Below, piece by piece: positions 1 to 9,727 of a stretch of 64,000 bases of DNA. The notes beneath the pieces were generated by a model. It worked only from the letters and a program-made list of their open reading frames with translations. It ran no database searches and had not been told where the DNA came from. The position numbers and the translations under genes are program-made. The DNA is from a virus (Duplodnaviria; Caudoviricetes): the IMG/VR virus record IMGVR_UViG_3300037424_002485, positions 1-64,000 of that record; one strand, 5' to 3'. Positions within the stretch are counted from its first letter, which is position 1; each line of letters begins with the position of its first letter.

Positions 1-213
1 AATAAGCGTTCCCATTTTATAATCATGTAGTATATGTATATTGGCATAGGTCTCTTTGCGTATAGCGCCGTCAACAAACCCGAGGGCGTATAAGCCGTTA
101 CGAAATTCTGATATCACCGGTGGATTCGGCCCTGTTGTCGGCAACACGAGTCCGCTAATGATATAATCATTCCAGCCGCGCTTAACGCCTTTTCCTATAA
201 GCACGTTCGACAT
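1..213 (-). CDS. Hypothetical protein, 5' part only (runs off the left edge)
   Basis: Manual translation from CAT at 211-213 gives MSNVLIGKGVKRGWNDYIISG..., open to base 1; TAATG stop/start overlap with the upstream ORF. Confidence 0.6.
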   Translation of the reverse strand, partial: MSNVLIGKGVKRGWNDYIISGLVLPTTGPNPPVISEFRNGLYALGFVDGAIRKETYANIHILHDYKMGTLI

Positions 214-572
214 TAACTTGTTCCCAAACGCACATTCGCTGCGCCGACACTATAAAAATTCCCCGATTTCACACCGATGCGATAGGTGACGGTTTCCGGC
301 TCAGGTGTCGTTGTAATATTCTCGCTGCTGCCGTTCATAGCGGCAGTACTCGCAACCGCCCACGTCTGTACGTCTCGCCACACACCAACATCGTCATCCG
401 CAAATTGTCGTTGTAGTGTAATGAGGCCTGAGAACGTAGACAACACTGGATCGCTGACACCAATGCTACCCATGCGAATGCTTACATTAAGTCGCTGCGT
501 ACCCTGCACTATAAGCTCCGAAGTCCAGACAGGAGACGAGGCGATTAATGTTATCTGGGTATTCTTACTCAT
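213..572 (-). CDS. Small beta-rich hypothetical protein, possibly virion-associated
   Basis: 119 aa, coupled to terL; alternating beta pattern (ITLQRQF...WRDV...YRIGVKSG) of a kind often seen near head genes. Confidence 0.55.
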   Translation of the reverse strand: MSKNTQITLIASSPVWTSELIVQGTQRLNVSIRMGSIGVSDPVLSTFSGLITLQRQFADDDVGVWRDVQTWAVASTAAMNGSSENITTTPEPETVTYRIGVKSGNFYSVGAANVRLGTS

Positions 573-2356
573 TATCCAGCCACCAGCGCCCAGTTGTCTA
601 CCTGCGCGTCACCGTAAATCCGGCGTGCGTTCTGCTCGGCAATGGCGTCAAAATCTGCGCTGCCGTCTTCGTCAAACGCTACAGCAGCCGCCCCGCGCGC
701 CGTCAACTCATCGGCAGCTGTGAAATCGTGCCTGTTATCATCTTCAAATACTTCGCGGATACGAGCCTTTCCGCGCTGCGTGAGCCGACAATAGAGTTTG
801 GCAACGGCTTCAATCTTATCGTCGTGCTTACCGCGGGGGAAAACTTCGGCTTCGCTAAGAAACTTCTCTGTCCACGGCCCGGCTACCAGTTCGACGAGGC
901 CATGCTCGGCGGCCGTCGCGAACACCTCGACAAAAGCCTCTTTGGCGCCCGTGCTCGGTATACCGTGGAACGCGTAGCCCGTCAGTACGTTTGTGGCGTA
1001 GTGATGAATAACCGTTTTACCCGCGCTACCCGGCTCCTGCTCCATAAATACGGGTACGTTGTAGCCGTCGAGCTGAGCGGCCTGCCCGACTGTTTTCTCC
1101 ACGGTACCCGGTGATTCGCGGAGGTCAATAACGTCGTCAACAATGAACCGCTTACCGATCATACCCCCGCGTGCGCCCGCCGTGAAGTCGGGATCATTAC
1201 TGCCCGATTTCTTCGTCGCCGCCATATCCCACCACCTACCGCAGCTATCATACGCCGGCAACAGCTCGGCTTCGTCGGCGCGCAATATTTTGAACCAGCT
1301 GCGTTTAATCATGCCTCCCTCGCGCGGGGCTGGACGTTGCTGCAACTGGCCGGCAACCGCATACGAGGACATATCCTGCTCCAGTTCTTGGAGCTGTGGG
1401 GTGTCGTACTTACCCCGCCATAGTGGTTCGCCCTCGGTCGTGCGCGGATCCCTGCTGTACCAATATTTGTGATCGCGCTCGAATCGCGCGGGGAGGCATA
1501 AATGGGTATAGTTGTTTTCTTTGCTGAGGATGTGACCGGTGAGATCGCGTTCGTGGCAGCGCTGCATAATGATAATGCGCACGCCGGTCTTCGGGTCGTT
1601 TAATCGCGTCGGCATGACTTCGTCCCACCAACTAATGACGTTATCCAAACCCTTTTCGCTGAGCGCGAAGGCGTCGCTGATGTTCGTGGGATCGTCTACA
1701 ATTATAGCATCTCCGCCTTCACCGGTCATCAAGCCGTCAACACTCGTTGCCAACCGAACGCCGGTCTTGTCGTTGTCGAATCTCGTCTTTGCATTTTGAT
1801 CGCCGGCGAGTTGAAATCTATCCGACCATCGCTGCTGATACCAATTTGATTGAATAAGGCGTCGGCACTTCACTGAATCGCGAACGCTCAGGTTTTCTGC
1901 GTAGGATGCAAACAAGAAACGAAGATAAGGGAAGTTAATCCAAAGCCAGGCGGGAAACATAACGGATACGGCAAGACTCTTCATGTGCCGCGGCGGTATA
2001 TTGATTATCAGCCTGCGGATGGCACCAGCCTGCTGCTGGCCGCTGACAAATCCCTTGGCAACGGCATCATTGCGGAAGCCTATCGCCACGGCTTCCAGGT
2101 GCTCGCAGATGGCGTCGATATGCCAGTTCGACACGTATGTCGTACCGGGCTCGACAACCGGCCACGCCTGCGCAATAAACTCACCGAGGTGACGGCGGGC
2201 TTTTTCGCGCTCGACTTCAAACAGCGCACGACTCAGGTCAAGCGTTCCCAGCCGGGCTATTAACTGCTGCCGGTTGTTTGTGCTTGGCCTTGAGTGCTTT
2301 TGTAAGGGTTGCGTGCAGGCTCTCAAGTTCATCCTCGGGCAAGTCGGTAAACTCAT
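572..2356 (-). CDS. terL: Terminase large subunit (true start probably downstream of 2356)
   Basis: Walker A region IINIPPRHMKS, Walker B GGDAIIVDDP, coupling motif IIMQR, QQRPAPREGG, C-terminal RuvC-like nuclease ending HDDKIEA. Confidence 0.93.
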   Translation of the reverse strand: MSLPTCPRMNLRACTQPLQKHSRPSTNNRQQLIARLGTLDLSRALFEVEREKARRHLGEFIAQAWPVVEPGTTYVSNWHIDAICEHLEAVAIGFRNDAVAKGFVSGQQQAGAIRRLIINIPPRHMKSLAVSVMFPAWLWINFPYLRFLFASYAENLSVRDSVKCRRLIQSNWYQQRWSDRFQLAGDQNAKTRFDNDKTGVRLATSVDGLMTGEGGDAIIVDDPTNISDAFALSEKGLDNVISWWDEVMPTRLNDPKTGVRIIIMQRCHERDLTGHILSKENNYTHLCLPARFERDHKYWYSRDPRTTEGEPLWRGKYDTPQLQELEQDMSSYAVAGQLQQRPAPREGGMIKRSWFKILRADEAELLPAYDSCGRWWDMAATKKSGSNDPDFTAGARGGMIGKRFIVDDVIDLRESPGTVEKTVGQAAQLDGYNVPVFMEQEPGSAGKTVIHHYATNVLTGYAFHGIPSTGAKEAFVEVFATAAEHGLVELVAGPWTEKFLSEAEVFPRGKHDDKIEAVAKLYCRLTQRGKARIREVFEDDNRHDFTAADELTARGAAAVAFDEDGSADFDAIAEQNARRIYGDAQVDNWALVAG

Positions 2357-3065
2357 GTACCACTTTATTGATCGTCGTCACGTCCACTTCATTTTTCGTG
2401 TAGCGTGTGTTCTGCCATCGCAGTCGCTGCCTGTTGGTCAACCAGAATATAGCGGCTCCAATGTCCGGCGCCATTTTCTTTTCGCTAACAGTAACCTCTT
2501 CGGCGGGAACGGCTACTCTCTCCTGTCCCCGGCCTAAGCGTAACGTAGTCGATTTGGTGCTACGCTCTGTATAGTCATAGCCGAGGGCGCGCTTCAACAG
2601 CGCCGACTCTACCCGACCGGTATCGTGCTCGTCCTTACCTTTTTTATACGCGGCTAAAAACTCGTCATTATCACGCACCCATAACTTCACCGACCCCTCG
2701 CTCACGTTGAATGCATGCGCTATATCCTGATACGTTGCGCCGTGCCGGGCCAGCTCGAATACCATGGGGAGGAATCGCTCGTCGTACTTTGTCGATCTTC
2801 CCGTTGCAGCCTTGCCGTTTGCCTTAACTTTATACGTATGCAGGGGTTTGCCTTTACTATTCGACCGCGACCGGACTGTTACGCCTTCTATAGCCGACGA
2901 CGTCTCTACGCTGGCGGTAAGCATACGATTGCGACTAACGGGATCGGCGAGATATTTATTTGTGTGAACGAGGGATTTTTTAGCGACGGATTTCCCGTTC
3001 GCCCTGCCTTTTGACTCGGGCGGGGCGCTTCGGTGCTCGGCGGGCTGTTTGTCTTGTCTCGGCAT
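2238..3065 (-). CDS. terS: Terminase small subunit-like HTH protein with N-terminal extension
   Basis: GRSTKY...GATYQDIAHAFNVSEGSVKLW HTH followed by coiled helix; immediately upstream of terL. Confidence 0.75.
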   Translation of the reverse strand: MPRQDKQPAEHRSAPPESKGRANGKSVAKKSLVHTNKYLADPVSRNRMLTASVETSSAIEGVTVRSRSNSKGKPLHTYKVKANGKAATGRSTKYDERFLPMVFELARHGATYQDIAHAFNVSEGSVKLWVRDNDEFLAAYKKGKDEHDTGRVESALLKRALGYDYTERSTKSTTLRLGRGQERVAVPAEEVTVSEKKMAPDIGAAIFWLTNRQRLRWQNTRYTKNEVDVTTINKVVHEFTDLPEDELESLHATLTKALKAKHKQPAAVNSPAGNA

Positions 3066-3164
3066 TGATTTTATTTGAGCTGATTATATAGCAGGTCTGC
3101 GGGTAGGTAAATAGGCGGCTTAACGTTCTTTACAAACTTTATGAACTTTTTATTATACTTTTTT

Positions 3165-3194
3165 ATAGCGAAAACCGGATGAATAGAGTATAAT
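3165..3194 (+). promoter_or_regulatory. Phage promoter motif copy A (ATAGCGAAAaCC-N9-GAGTATAAT)
   Basis: TAGCGA-17 bp-TATAAT; same motif and spacing at 13474, 22194 and 31876. Confidence 0.75.
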
Positions 3195-3209
3195 AAGAGT
3201 ATGAGAACG

Positions 3210-3347
3210 GTGAAAACATACGCTTGGCTGAATAGTTTGTGGCGACGCCAGAAATCGCAGTGCCCGCATCATCAGGGCTGCGCGAGCATGAAACATTATA
3301 AACGCTATACGAAATGCCTGTCGTGCGGTGCCTGGTTTAAAAGATGA
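3210..3347 (+). CDS. Small Cys-rich (Zn-ribbon-like) protein, 45 aa
   Basis: Manual translation: GTG start, MKTYAWLNSLWRRQKSQCPHHQGC...KCLSCGAWFKR; below the ORF-track size cutoff. Confidence 0.45.
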   Translation: MKTYAWLNSLWRRQKSQCPHHQGCASMKHYKRYTKCLSCGAWFKR

Positions 3348-3351
3348 AATT

Positions 3352-3840
3352 ATGAACTATTGGATTATCACAGATACCCACTTCGGCCACACAAAGATGC
3401 AAGAGTATTGTGGCAGGCCGGAAGGATTTGAAAACAAAATCATCAAAAATACATTGAGCATATGCAAACCAGGGGATGTATTGATTCATCTCGGCGATAT
3501 TTGCATAGGCGATGACGAAAAATGGCATGACCTTTTCACCTATCATTGTTCCGCAAAGATGTGGTTGATTCGCGGGAACCACGATAAGAAAAGTGCCACG
3601 TGGTATTTGGGCCATGGTTGGGACTGCGTCGCCGATGAACTGCTTTTAGATATGTTCGGAAAGCGGATTCTTTTTTCTCATAGACCGACAACGGGACCGC
3701 TATTCGATTTGAATATTCACGGGCACCATCACAACACCGAGCATCATCCGGAAGATGCAACGACAGGCAAACATCGTCTTGTTTTCATCGAACACGAATA
3801 TAGTCCGATAAGCCTGAGAAAAATTGTAGAATCTCGATAA
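3352..3840 (+). CDS. Calcineurin-like metallophosphoesterase
   Basis: Motifs DTHFGH, HLGD, GNHD, HGHHH. Confidence 0.9.
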   Translation: MNYWIITDTHFGHTKMQEYCGRPEGFENKIIKNTLSICKPGDVLIHLGDICIGDDEKWHDLFTYHCSAKMWLIRGNHDKKSATWYLGHGWDCVADELLLDMFGKRILFSHRPTTGPLFDLNIHGHHHNTEHHPEDATTGKHRLVFIEHEYSPISLRKIVESR

Positions 3841-3860
3841 AAGAAAAGAGGAGAACTGAC

Positions 3861-4103
3861 ATGAGCGTTAAAACTAAAATGGGCAGGCCCGTCGCCAACC
3901 TGATCGGCCATACATTTGGCTACCTGACTGTTGTAAAATTTGTCGAGCGCCGAAAAAATAATCCGCTGTGGTTGTGCGCGTGCGCGTGCGGCGGCGAGAA
4001 GATTGTATACGCGGCCAACCTCACGTCGGGCCGGACGAAGGGCTGCGGCGCTGCCGGGCATACCGAGCGCATAGCGAAACTACTAAAAGTAGGCCGCCGC
4101 TAA
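3861..4103 (+). CDS. Short Cys-containing protein resembling the N-terminal DNA-binding part of HNH/AP2 endonucleases; possibly truncated
   Basis: LIGHTFGYLTVV...WLCACACGGEKIV..NLTSGRTKGCG; its last codons come from the 94-bp repeat. Confidence 0.6.
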   Translation: MSVKTKMGRPVANLIGHTFGYLTVVKFVERRKNNPLWLCACACGGEKIVYAANLTSGRTKGCGAAGHTERIAKLLKVGRR

Positions 4104-4170
4104 TTTAATTAGTTCTGTAGAAAATAATTAAAAATACTTGTTGACATTATTATAGAATAGTATATAATAT
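4077..4170 (+). repeat. 94-bp direct repeat copy 1, containing a consensus sigma70 promoter
   Basis: 88/94 identical to 57956-58049; TTGACA 4141-4146, 18 bp, TATAAT 4165-4170; palindrome CTAATT-T-AATTAG. Confidence 0.9.
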
Positions 4171-4246
4171 GTTTAATAAATGAAGTAGCTGATAAATGAG
4201 TCCGGCGCACGACAGCAGTAGAGACTCAGACCAGTAAGGAGCAGTA

Positions 4247-4480
4247 ATGATCACAATCAATTATACCAATACTTTTCTTACCGATGCTATTCAAACACTT
4301 GAAAATGAAGAATTCAGAATTGGTTGGGGTACGCTCGATGAAATATTTGCAAACTATCTCAGTGGGCCAGACGATGATGCCATATTAACTGACTTGATTC
4401 ATCGATTTGAAATGAGTGAAATAGAAGCACACAGGCTACTTAATTATCTCAACGAAAACTTCAAGCAATATCAAGAATAA
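4247..4480 (+). CDS. Hypothetical acidic early protein
   Basis: 77 aa with AAGGAG RBS; first gene after the strong promoter. Confidence 0.7.
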   Translation: MITINYTNTFLTDAIQTLENEEFRIGWGTLDEIFANYLSGPDDDAILTDLIHRFEMSEIEAHRLLNYLNENFKQYQE

Positions 4481-4537
4481 CTAATCCGACCGCATAAGCC
4501 CTGACGCCAAGCGCAGGCCGCGACAAAGGATATCGAA

Positions 4538-4834
4538 ATGGTCAACTTCACAGCAAGCAAATTTGAACTTGAATTGATTTCGCAAATTGCAAAACGTGCA
4601 GTATCAATGGCAAAAGAAGCAGGGATTAATTATGCACAAATGGATGCGCTCATGGACATTGAAGCATGCCATTCGAATGGAAACCCGCTCGATCTTAACG
4701 CCCTCCTTTCTGCCAATCCCTTCGATTTCGCCCATGATGTTTTCGGAATACGCCGCCACATAGATCGATCGACGGGAAAATTAACAGATTGCTTCTCTCC
4801 TCGTTTTACTTTTCGTCATAAAGGTGGTGCATAA
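4538..4834 (+). CDS. Conserved phage protein (DUF6874-like)
   Basis: DFAHDVFGIRRHIDRSTGKLTDCFSPRF signature, recalled from memory. Confidence 0.65.
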   Translation: MVNFTASKFELELISQIAKRAVSMAKEAGINYAQMDALMDIEACHSNGNPLDLNALLSANPFDFAHDVFGIRRHIDRSTGKLTDCFSPRFTFRHKGGA

Positions 4835-5052
4835 TGAAGCTCATGGGCACGATACGCGAAATACACTGCCGGCAAATCCGCGATTGGAGTAAATGGGAAG
4901 GCTACCGCCCCGCCGAGCGTCGTGCTGAAGTCGAACTCGACCGCGGCGACCGCGTAACCGTATCAGCGGAGGCCCATATGCAAGTCGGTTCCCGCGTCGG
5001 CCTCATTTATGTCGGCAGCGGGTTTATTGTCAACGAAGTGCTACTATTCTAA
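4834..5052 (+). CDS. Hypothetical protein
   Basis: 72 aa, translationally coupled to the previous gene. Confidence 0.6.
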   Translation: MKLMGTIREIHCRQIRDWSKWEGYRPAERRAEVELDRGDRVTVSAEAHMQVGSRVGLIYVGSGFIVNEVLLF

Positions 5053-5111
5053 ATAACCGCCGTGCCGGCCCGGAAGACCGGCGTGCAATATAACCTGAAA
5101 AGGAGCTTGCC

Positions 5112-5942
5112 ATGCAAACACAGCCTATCACAGATTTCTCGCAGTACCCCAGCCTCATCACCGCCGCACCGAGCAACCGAGTTTCAAGCCGCTACACATT
5201 CATACCGACCGCGCGCATTATCAACGTGCTCGCCGATCACGGCTGGCAGGTCAGCCGCATACAGGAGAAGCGCAGCCGCGTCGACGAACTCCGGGGATTC
5301 GGCGAACATATCGTCCGATTCCGTCGCCAGCAGGATTTCGCGCAACTTGCCGTTGTCGGTGAACATGTACCCGAAATAGTTCTGACGGGCGCACACGACG
5401 GCAGCGCAGCCTGGCAGATGATGTTCGGCCTCTGGCGCTTCGTCTGCGGGAACGGTGCCGTTGTCGCCGAAAGCGAGTTCGCCAGTCACCGCATCCTGCA
5501 CAAAGGCTTCCAAGACCAAAACGTCATCGATGCCGTATACGAGGTCGTTGAAACCGCACCGCGTGTACTCGACCGCGTCCGGGACTGGCAGGCGATTACG
5601 CTGACCGGTGCCGAGCAAATTGCTTTCGCTGAGGCCGCGGTTGTCGCGAAATACGGCAGCGATGACAGCAGCAAGTACAGCCCTGCCCACCTCATACATC
5701 CGACGCGACGCGACGACCTCATCATCGGCACCGATTACGCCGGCGGCAACACGCTGTGGAACACGTACAATATCGTCCAAGAAAAGCTCGTCGAGAAAGG
5801 CGGCAGGTTTGCCGTGAACACGGGCGCGCACCGACGCAGCAACACGAAGACGGCCCGCGGTATTCAATCTGTCGGCGAGAACGTTCGCGTCAATCAGGCA
5901 TTGTGGATGCTCGCCGAGAAAATGGCGGCATTAAAATCATAA
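5112..5942 (+). CDS. DUF932/DUF945-family protein
   Basis: SRYTFIPT...GWQV...GFGEHIVRFR, AHDGS, GLWRFVCGNG, TLWNTYNIVQEKL, RVNQALW. Confidence 0.85.
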   Translation: MQTQPITDFSQYPSLITAAPSNRVSSRYTFIPTARIINVLADHGWQVSRIQEKRSRVDELRGFGEHIVRFRRQQDFAQLAVVGEHVPEIVLTGAHDGSAAWQMMFGLWRFVCGNGAVVAESEFASHRILHKGFQDQNVIDAVYEVVETAPRVLDRVRDWQAITLTGAEQIAFAEAAVVAKYGSDDSSKYSPAHLIHPTRRDDLIIGTDYAGGNTLWNTYNIVQEKLVEKGGRFAVNTGAHRRSNTKTARGIQSVGENVRVNQALWMLAEKMAALKS

Positions 5943-5949
5943 CCGCACA

Positions 5950-5981
5950 GCCGCCCGTGCCCGTCGAGGCGGGCGGCTTTA
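5950..5981 (+). terminator. Hairpin / probable intrinsic terminator
   Basis: GCCGCCCG-N12-CGGGCGGC followed by TTTA, just after the DUF932 stop. Confidence 0.55.
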
Positions 5982-5999
5982 TCCGGAGAGGAGAATGAA

Positions 6000-6521
6000 A
6001 TGGGAGTTAATGTAAACGCATATTTACCGGCTGGTGTTCGTATAAGCGAAGTCGCCAAAGTGATCGGCATACTTCTCGGTTGTCAAAAGGAATGGGAACC
6101 GGGCAGGCGATGGTTAAACGTGGCGGGGATTAGACAGCTTCCGACAAGCGTTCCTGAACTCGCCGAAATCCGTATTGATTTGACCGACGCAAATAATCCT
6201 ACTGCGAAAGCTATACGCGAAAGCGACGGCAATATTTACAGCATGGATTACTTTTTCGAGAGCAACCACGGCGGCCCTCAACTCTATCCGAAATGTACGG
6301 CAGCAAAAATCGCGCTCTGCAAAGCCGTTGTAATTTTCTTCGGCGGCAGCGTGGACTACAACGATAGCGACCGCGTTGAGGTAAACCTTCGCGCCGAAAC
6401 ACGGCTACCTGTGAATCATAGTGATGACGCAGCGTTCGCGGATTTTCAAGAAGCTCTATGGCGGTTGCCAGCACTCACGCCTGCTGATATTCAGGCGGTT
6501 GCCGAATGGGCGGCGTACTGA
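6000..6521 (+). CDS. Hypothetical protein
   Basis: 173 aa with GGAGAGGAG RBS. Confidence 0.7.
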   Translation: MGVNVNAYLPAGVRISEVAKVIGILLGCQKEWEPGRRWLNVAGIRQLPTSVPELAEIRIDLTDANNPTAKAIRESDGNIYSMDYFFESNHGGPQLYPKCTAAKIALCKAVVIFFGGSVDYNDSDRVEVNLRAETRLPVNHSDDAAFADFQEALWRLPALTPADIQAVAEWAAY

Positions 6522-6665
6522 TGAGAACCGATGCGTATGTATGCCCGACCTGCTCGACACCGCTATACACGAGCACGCTAACGGGCCGCACGTTGACTGC
6601 GTGCAACTGCGAGGCGGCAGTCCGCCTCAAAAATCGAATCAATAAGCCGATCGAAAGGGAGAGCC

Positions 6666-7199
6666 ATGACACCGAAATGCGAGACGCCGCTGTACGAGGA
6701 CTACCGGAAACTGATAGCCTTTCAGGCGAGGAGCTTCAACCGATTGTACGCCGTCGAACTCGATGAACTCATATGCGAAGGCAATCTGATTTTTGTACAG
6801 GCGTGCCAAAAATATAACTCGGCGCGCAGCAGTTTTTCAACATTCCTCTACCGCTGCCTGCAAAACGGGTTGCAATCGTTCTGCACACAGCAGCGCCGGC
6901 AAATGTTTTTCACGTACTCGGCGGACGGCGAGATGCCGGAAGCCGCGTACCGTGATGACGTTCGCGTCAAAAACGCCGTATTCATTCGGCAGTCAATCGC
7001 CCAGCTACCCGCCGCCGGTCAGCGGTCGATGCAGCTGCTCATGACGACGCCGGCTGCGCTCGGCCTCGACGGCAGCGAAGGGCCGAAGGCAACGCGCGGT
7101 GCCCTCAAGCGGCATATCCTCGGCCAAGGCGAAACGTGGGCGGCAACCTGGCAGACGCTGCGTGAAATCCGAAATATATTTCAGGAGGTGGGTGCATGA
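6666..7199 (+). CDS. Phage-encoded sigma70-family (region 2-containing) sigma factor
   Basis: LIAFQARSF...ELDELICEGNLIFVQACQKYNSARSSFSTFLYRCLQN matches the sigma region 2 pattern (DLxQEG...FD...FSTY). Confidence 0.75.
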   Translation: MTPKCETPLYEDYRKLIAFQARSFNRLYAVELDELICEGNLIFVQACQKYNSARSSFSTFLYRCLQNGLQSFCTQQRRQMFFTYSADGEMPEAAYRDDVRVKNAVFIRQSIAQLPAAGQRSMQLLMTTPAALGLDGSEGPKATRGALKRHILGQGETWAATWQTLREIRNIFQEVGA

Positions 7200-7453
7200 C
7201 GATCAGTCAAATCATGAGCAAACGAAAACCACATAATAACAACAGCGGATATATCGCAGAGCGTATTTTCAAGCCGAGCGGATCGCACATCGTAATTTAT
7301 CGAGCTGCGGAACAGGGTCTCGATGTTACGCCGGACAAATATGCCGTAGTCTGTTCAACTCATGGAACTATGGTTGGTAATTCGAGCATTCCAAAAGCGC
7401 GGGTTGATATGAAGTACCCTGAGTTCTGCGAATATTGCATGAAGATGATTTAA
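7196..7453 (+). CDS. Hypothetical protein
   Basis: 85 aa, coupled; C-x3-H...CxxC. Confidence 0.6.
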   Translation: MTISQIMSKRKPHNNNSGYIAERIFKPSGSHIVIYRAAEQGLDVTPDKYAVVCSTHGTMVGNSSIPKARVDMKYPEFCEYCMKMI

Positions 7454-7497
7454 CAAAGAGTTGAGCATCCCAAAGAAAGAGCCCGGAGGAATAAATC

Positions 7498-7665
7498 GTG
7501 AGAGAAGACCGACGCCATATAAACACGATACGCTATGCTGGCATGCCGAGGTGGCGGTTTTACGCCGTCGTCGCCACGGCGAGCGCGGTGACCCTCATAG
7601 CCGCGTATATATTTGATATGGTTACTGATCGTATCGGCGAAATAATCGCGGCAGCAATCCGCTAA
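7498..7665 (+). CDS. Small membrane protein, 55 aa
   Basis: Manual translation: GTG start after GGAGGA, hydrophobic segment FYAVVATASAVTLIAAYIF. Confidence 0.45.
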   Translation: MREDRRHINTIRYAGMPRWRFYAVVATASAVTLIAAYIFDMVTDRIGEIIAAAIR

Positions 7666-7678
7666 GAGGGAGGCTGAT

Positions 7679-7870
7679 ATGCGAACCGTAACAATGAGAT
7701 GGACGCAGCGAAATATAAATCGAATAACGACATGGTTTAAAATCAACTATCTGTTCGACGGATATTTCACATCAGCTATAGGACCTGGCGGGAAAACCGC
7801 TAACGACGGGCGCATTATAACGTTTTGGTTCTCAGATAAACCGCCGAAGGGAGATAAAAATGGATGTTAA
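7679..7870 (+). CDS. Hypothetical protein
   Basis: 63 aa with GGGAGG RBS. Confidence 0.55.
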   Translation: MRTVTMRWTQRNINRITTWFKINYLFDGYFTSAIGPGGKTANDGRIITFWFSDKPPKGDKNGC

Positions 7871-8057
7871 AATAAAATTTGCAGCGGCTCAGGCGAAACG
7901 CGTCGAGTATTTTCTCCGCCAGCGTTACGCGAGTCGCGCCGGGCTGCAACGGCTGGTAAAAATAGCCGTACTCGAAGCAGTCGCCGCGCAGGCTCAAAAG
8001 GAAGTAGAAGAGACTATTAATAACGCCCGAAAACACTGCGATGCCGAGGAGAACTGA
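7860..8057 (+). CDS. Hypothetical protein (possible ribbon-helix-helix type)
   Basis: 65 aa, coupled to both neighbours. Confidence 0.55.
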   Translation: MDVKIKFAAAQAKRVEYFLRQRYASRAGLQRLVKIAVLEAVAAQAQKEVEETINNARKHCDAEEN

Positions 8058-9727
8058 TGCCTGTTGTCATAGAAAATAAAACCGGCGTACGCGCCGCACT
8101 CAATGCAAACAATGTTGTCGAGATTCGCTTCACCTATGATCCCGTCGTCGTAAACTGGGTGAAGCAGCTTGGCGGCAGGCGCTGGCATAGCGGCGACCGC
8201 AAGTGGACCGCTGACTTGAGTATCGCCAACGTGGAAGCCCTGCTGGCGGCGGGCGCGGAATTCGACGCCGGCCTCAAAGCATGGCGACGCCAGCAAGAGT
8301 ACAAACCAAGCGTGCAGATAAATACCGACGGCCTTGCCCTCTATCCGTTTCAGAAAACAGGCGTCGAGTTTATCGAAAGCAGAAATGGGCGCGCACTCGT
8401 TGCCGATGAGATGGGGCTCGGCAAGACCGTGCAGGCATTGTGCTGGCTGCGCATGCGCCCCGACGTGCGGCCGGTTGTCGTCGTCTGTCCGGCTTCGCTC
8501 AAGCTCAACTGGGAGCGCGAAGCCCGGCGCTGGTGTCCGGACGACAGCGTGCAGGTCGTCAACGGCAGAGGTGAGCAGACACTAACAGCAAACATCATCA
8601 TCGCAAACTATGATATTCTCGCCGACGATGAGGTCGTAGCAAATAAACCGGCGGGGAAAAATATTGTTACGGCATGCCGTGCCGACATCAAGGCCGCGAA
8701 ACCTGCTGCCGTCATCCTCGACGAAAGCCATGCTGTAAAAAATAGGAAAACTCTGAGGTCAATCGCTGTCGCCGATTTATGCCGAGGGGTCGCTCACGTC
8801 ATCGCGCTCACCGGCACGCCTGTACTCAACCGTCCCGTCGAACTATTCAACCAGCTGAAGATCGTGCAGCCCGCGCTGTTCCCGTCGTTCTGGCGTTTCG
8901 CCCAGAGTTTTTGCGCGGCCCGGCACAACCGGTTCGGCTGGGATTTCACGGGAGCCAGCAACACGGAAGAACTCAACGCTGCGCTGACATCAACAGTGAT
9001 GATCCGCAGGCGCAAAGCCGATGTGCTGCCCGACCTCCCGGCTAAACAGCGCGCACTCATCCCGTTTGAAATTGACAACGCCAGCGAATACCGGTACGCC
9101 GAGGATCAATTCATTGCATGGGTGACGCGGGAATTCGGACGTGAAAAAGCCGAACGCACGGCGAAAGCCGAAGTGCTCGCGCAAATCGAATACCTCAAGC
9201 AGTTATGCGCTCGCGGTAAACTGGCGGCGGCCTGCGAATGGATAGCGGATTTTCTGGAGACCGGTAAGAAGCTTGTTGTCATGGCCGTGCACAAAGAAAT
9301 CATTAACGCGCTCATGGAGAAATTCGCCGCGGTCGCCGTACGCGTTGACGGCGGCACGTCGCAAGCCGACCGGCAGACCGCAGTCGATCGCTTCCAAACC
9401 GACGACAGCGTACGACTGTTCGTTGGCAACATTCAGGCGGCAGGCGTCGGCATTACGCTGACGGCGGCCAGCGATATTGCCGTCCTCGAACTTCCGTGGT
9501 CACCGGGAATTTTATGCCAGGCCGAAGATCGCGTCCACCGTATCGGTCAGGAAGCGGATAGCATAACCGCATACTACCTGCTGGCTGCCGGTACAATCGA
9601 TGAAAAAATGGCAGATATGATTATCGGTAAGATAAAAACAATCGGGCAGGTTGTTGACGGCTGTGAAGAAGACGGCACGGTGTTCGCCGAAATCCTGTCG
9701 GCGTACGGAGGAAGACATGAATGTTAA
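8057..9727 (+). CDS. SNF2/SWI2-family helicase with HARP-like N-terminal domain (annealing-helicase-like)
   Basis: LYPFQ, ADEMGLGKT, ILDESH, LTGTP.LNRP, GVGITL, QAEDRVHRIGQ; N-terminal IRFTYD...RRWH...KW. Confidence 0.9.
   Translation: MPVVIENKTGVRAALNANNVVEIRFTYDPVVVNWVKQLGGRRWHSGDRKWTADLSIANVEALLAAGAEFDAGLKAWRRQQEYKPSVQINTDGLALYPFQKTGVEFIESRNGRALVADEMGLGKTVQALCWLRMRPDVRPVVVVCPASLKLNWEREARRWCPDDSVQVVNGRGEQTLTANIIIANYDILADDEVVANKPAGKNIVTACRADIKAAKPAAVILDESHAVKNRKTLRSIAVADLCRGVAHVIALTGTPVLNRPVELFNQLKIVQPALFPSFWRFAQSFCAARHNRFGWDFTGASNTEELNAALTSTVMIRRRKADVLPDLPAKQRALIPFEIDNASEYRYAEDQFIAWVTREFGREKAERTAKAEVLAQIEYLKQLCARGKLAAACEWIADFLETGKKLVVMAVHKEIINALMEKFAAVAVRVDGGTSQADRQTAVDRFQTDDSVRLFVGNIQAAGVGITLTAASDIAVLELPWSPGILCQAEDRVHRIGQEADSITAYYLLAAGTIDEKMADMIIGKIKTIGQVVDGCEEDGTVFAEILSAYGGRHEC

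Noticed and set aside
4071-4080. Fifth copy of the ATAGCGAAA promoter motif (also 19052)
   Set aside because: No GAGTATAAT at the fixed 24-bp distance; both lie inside coding sequence
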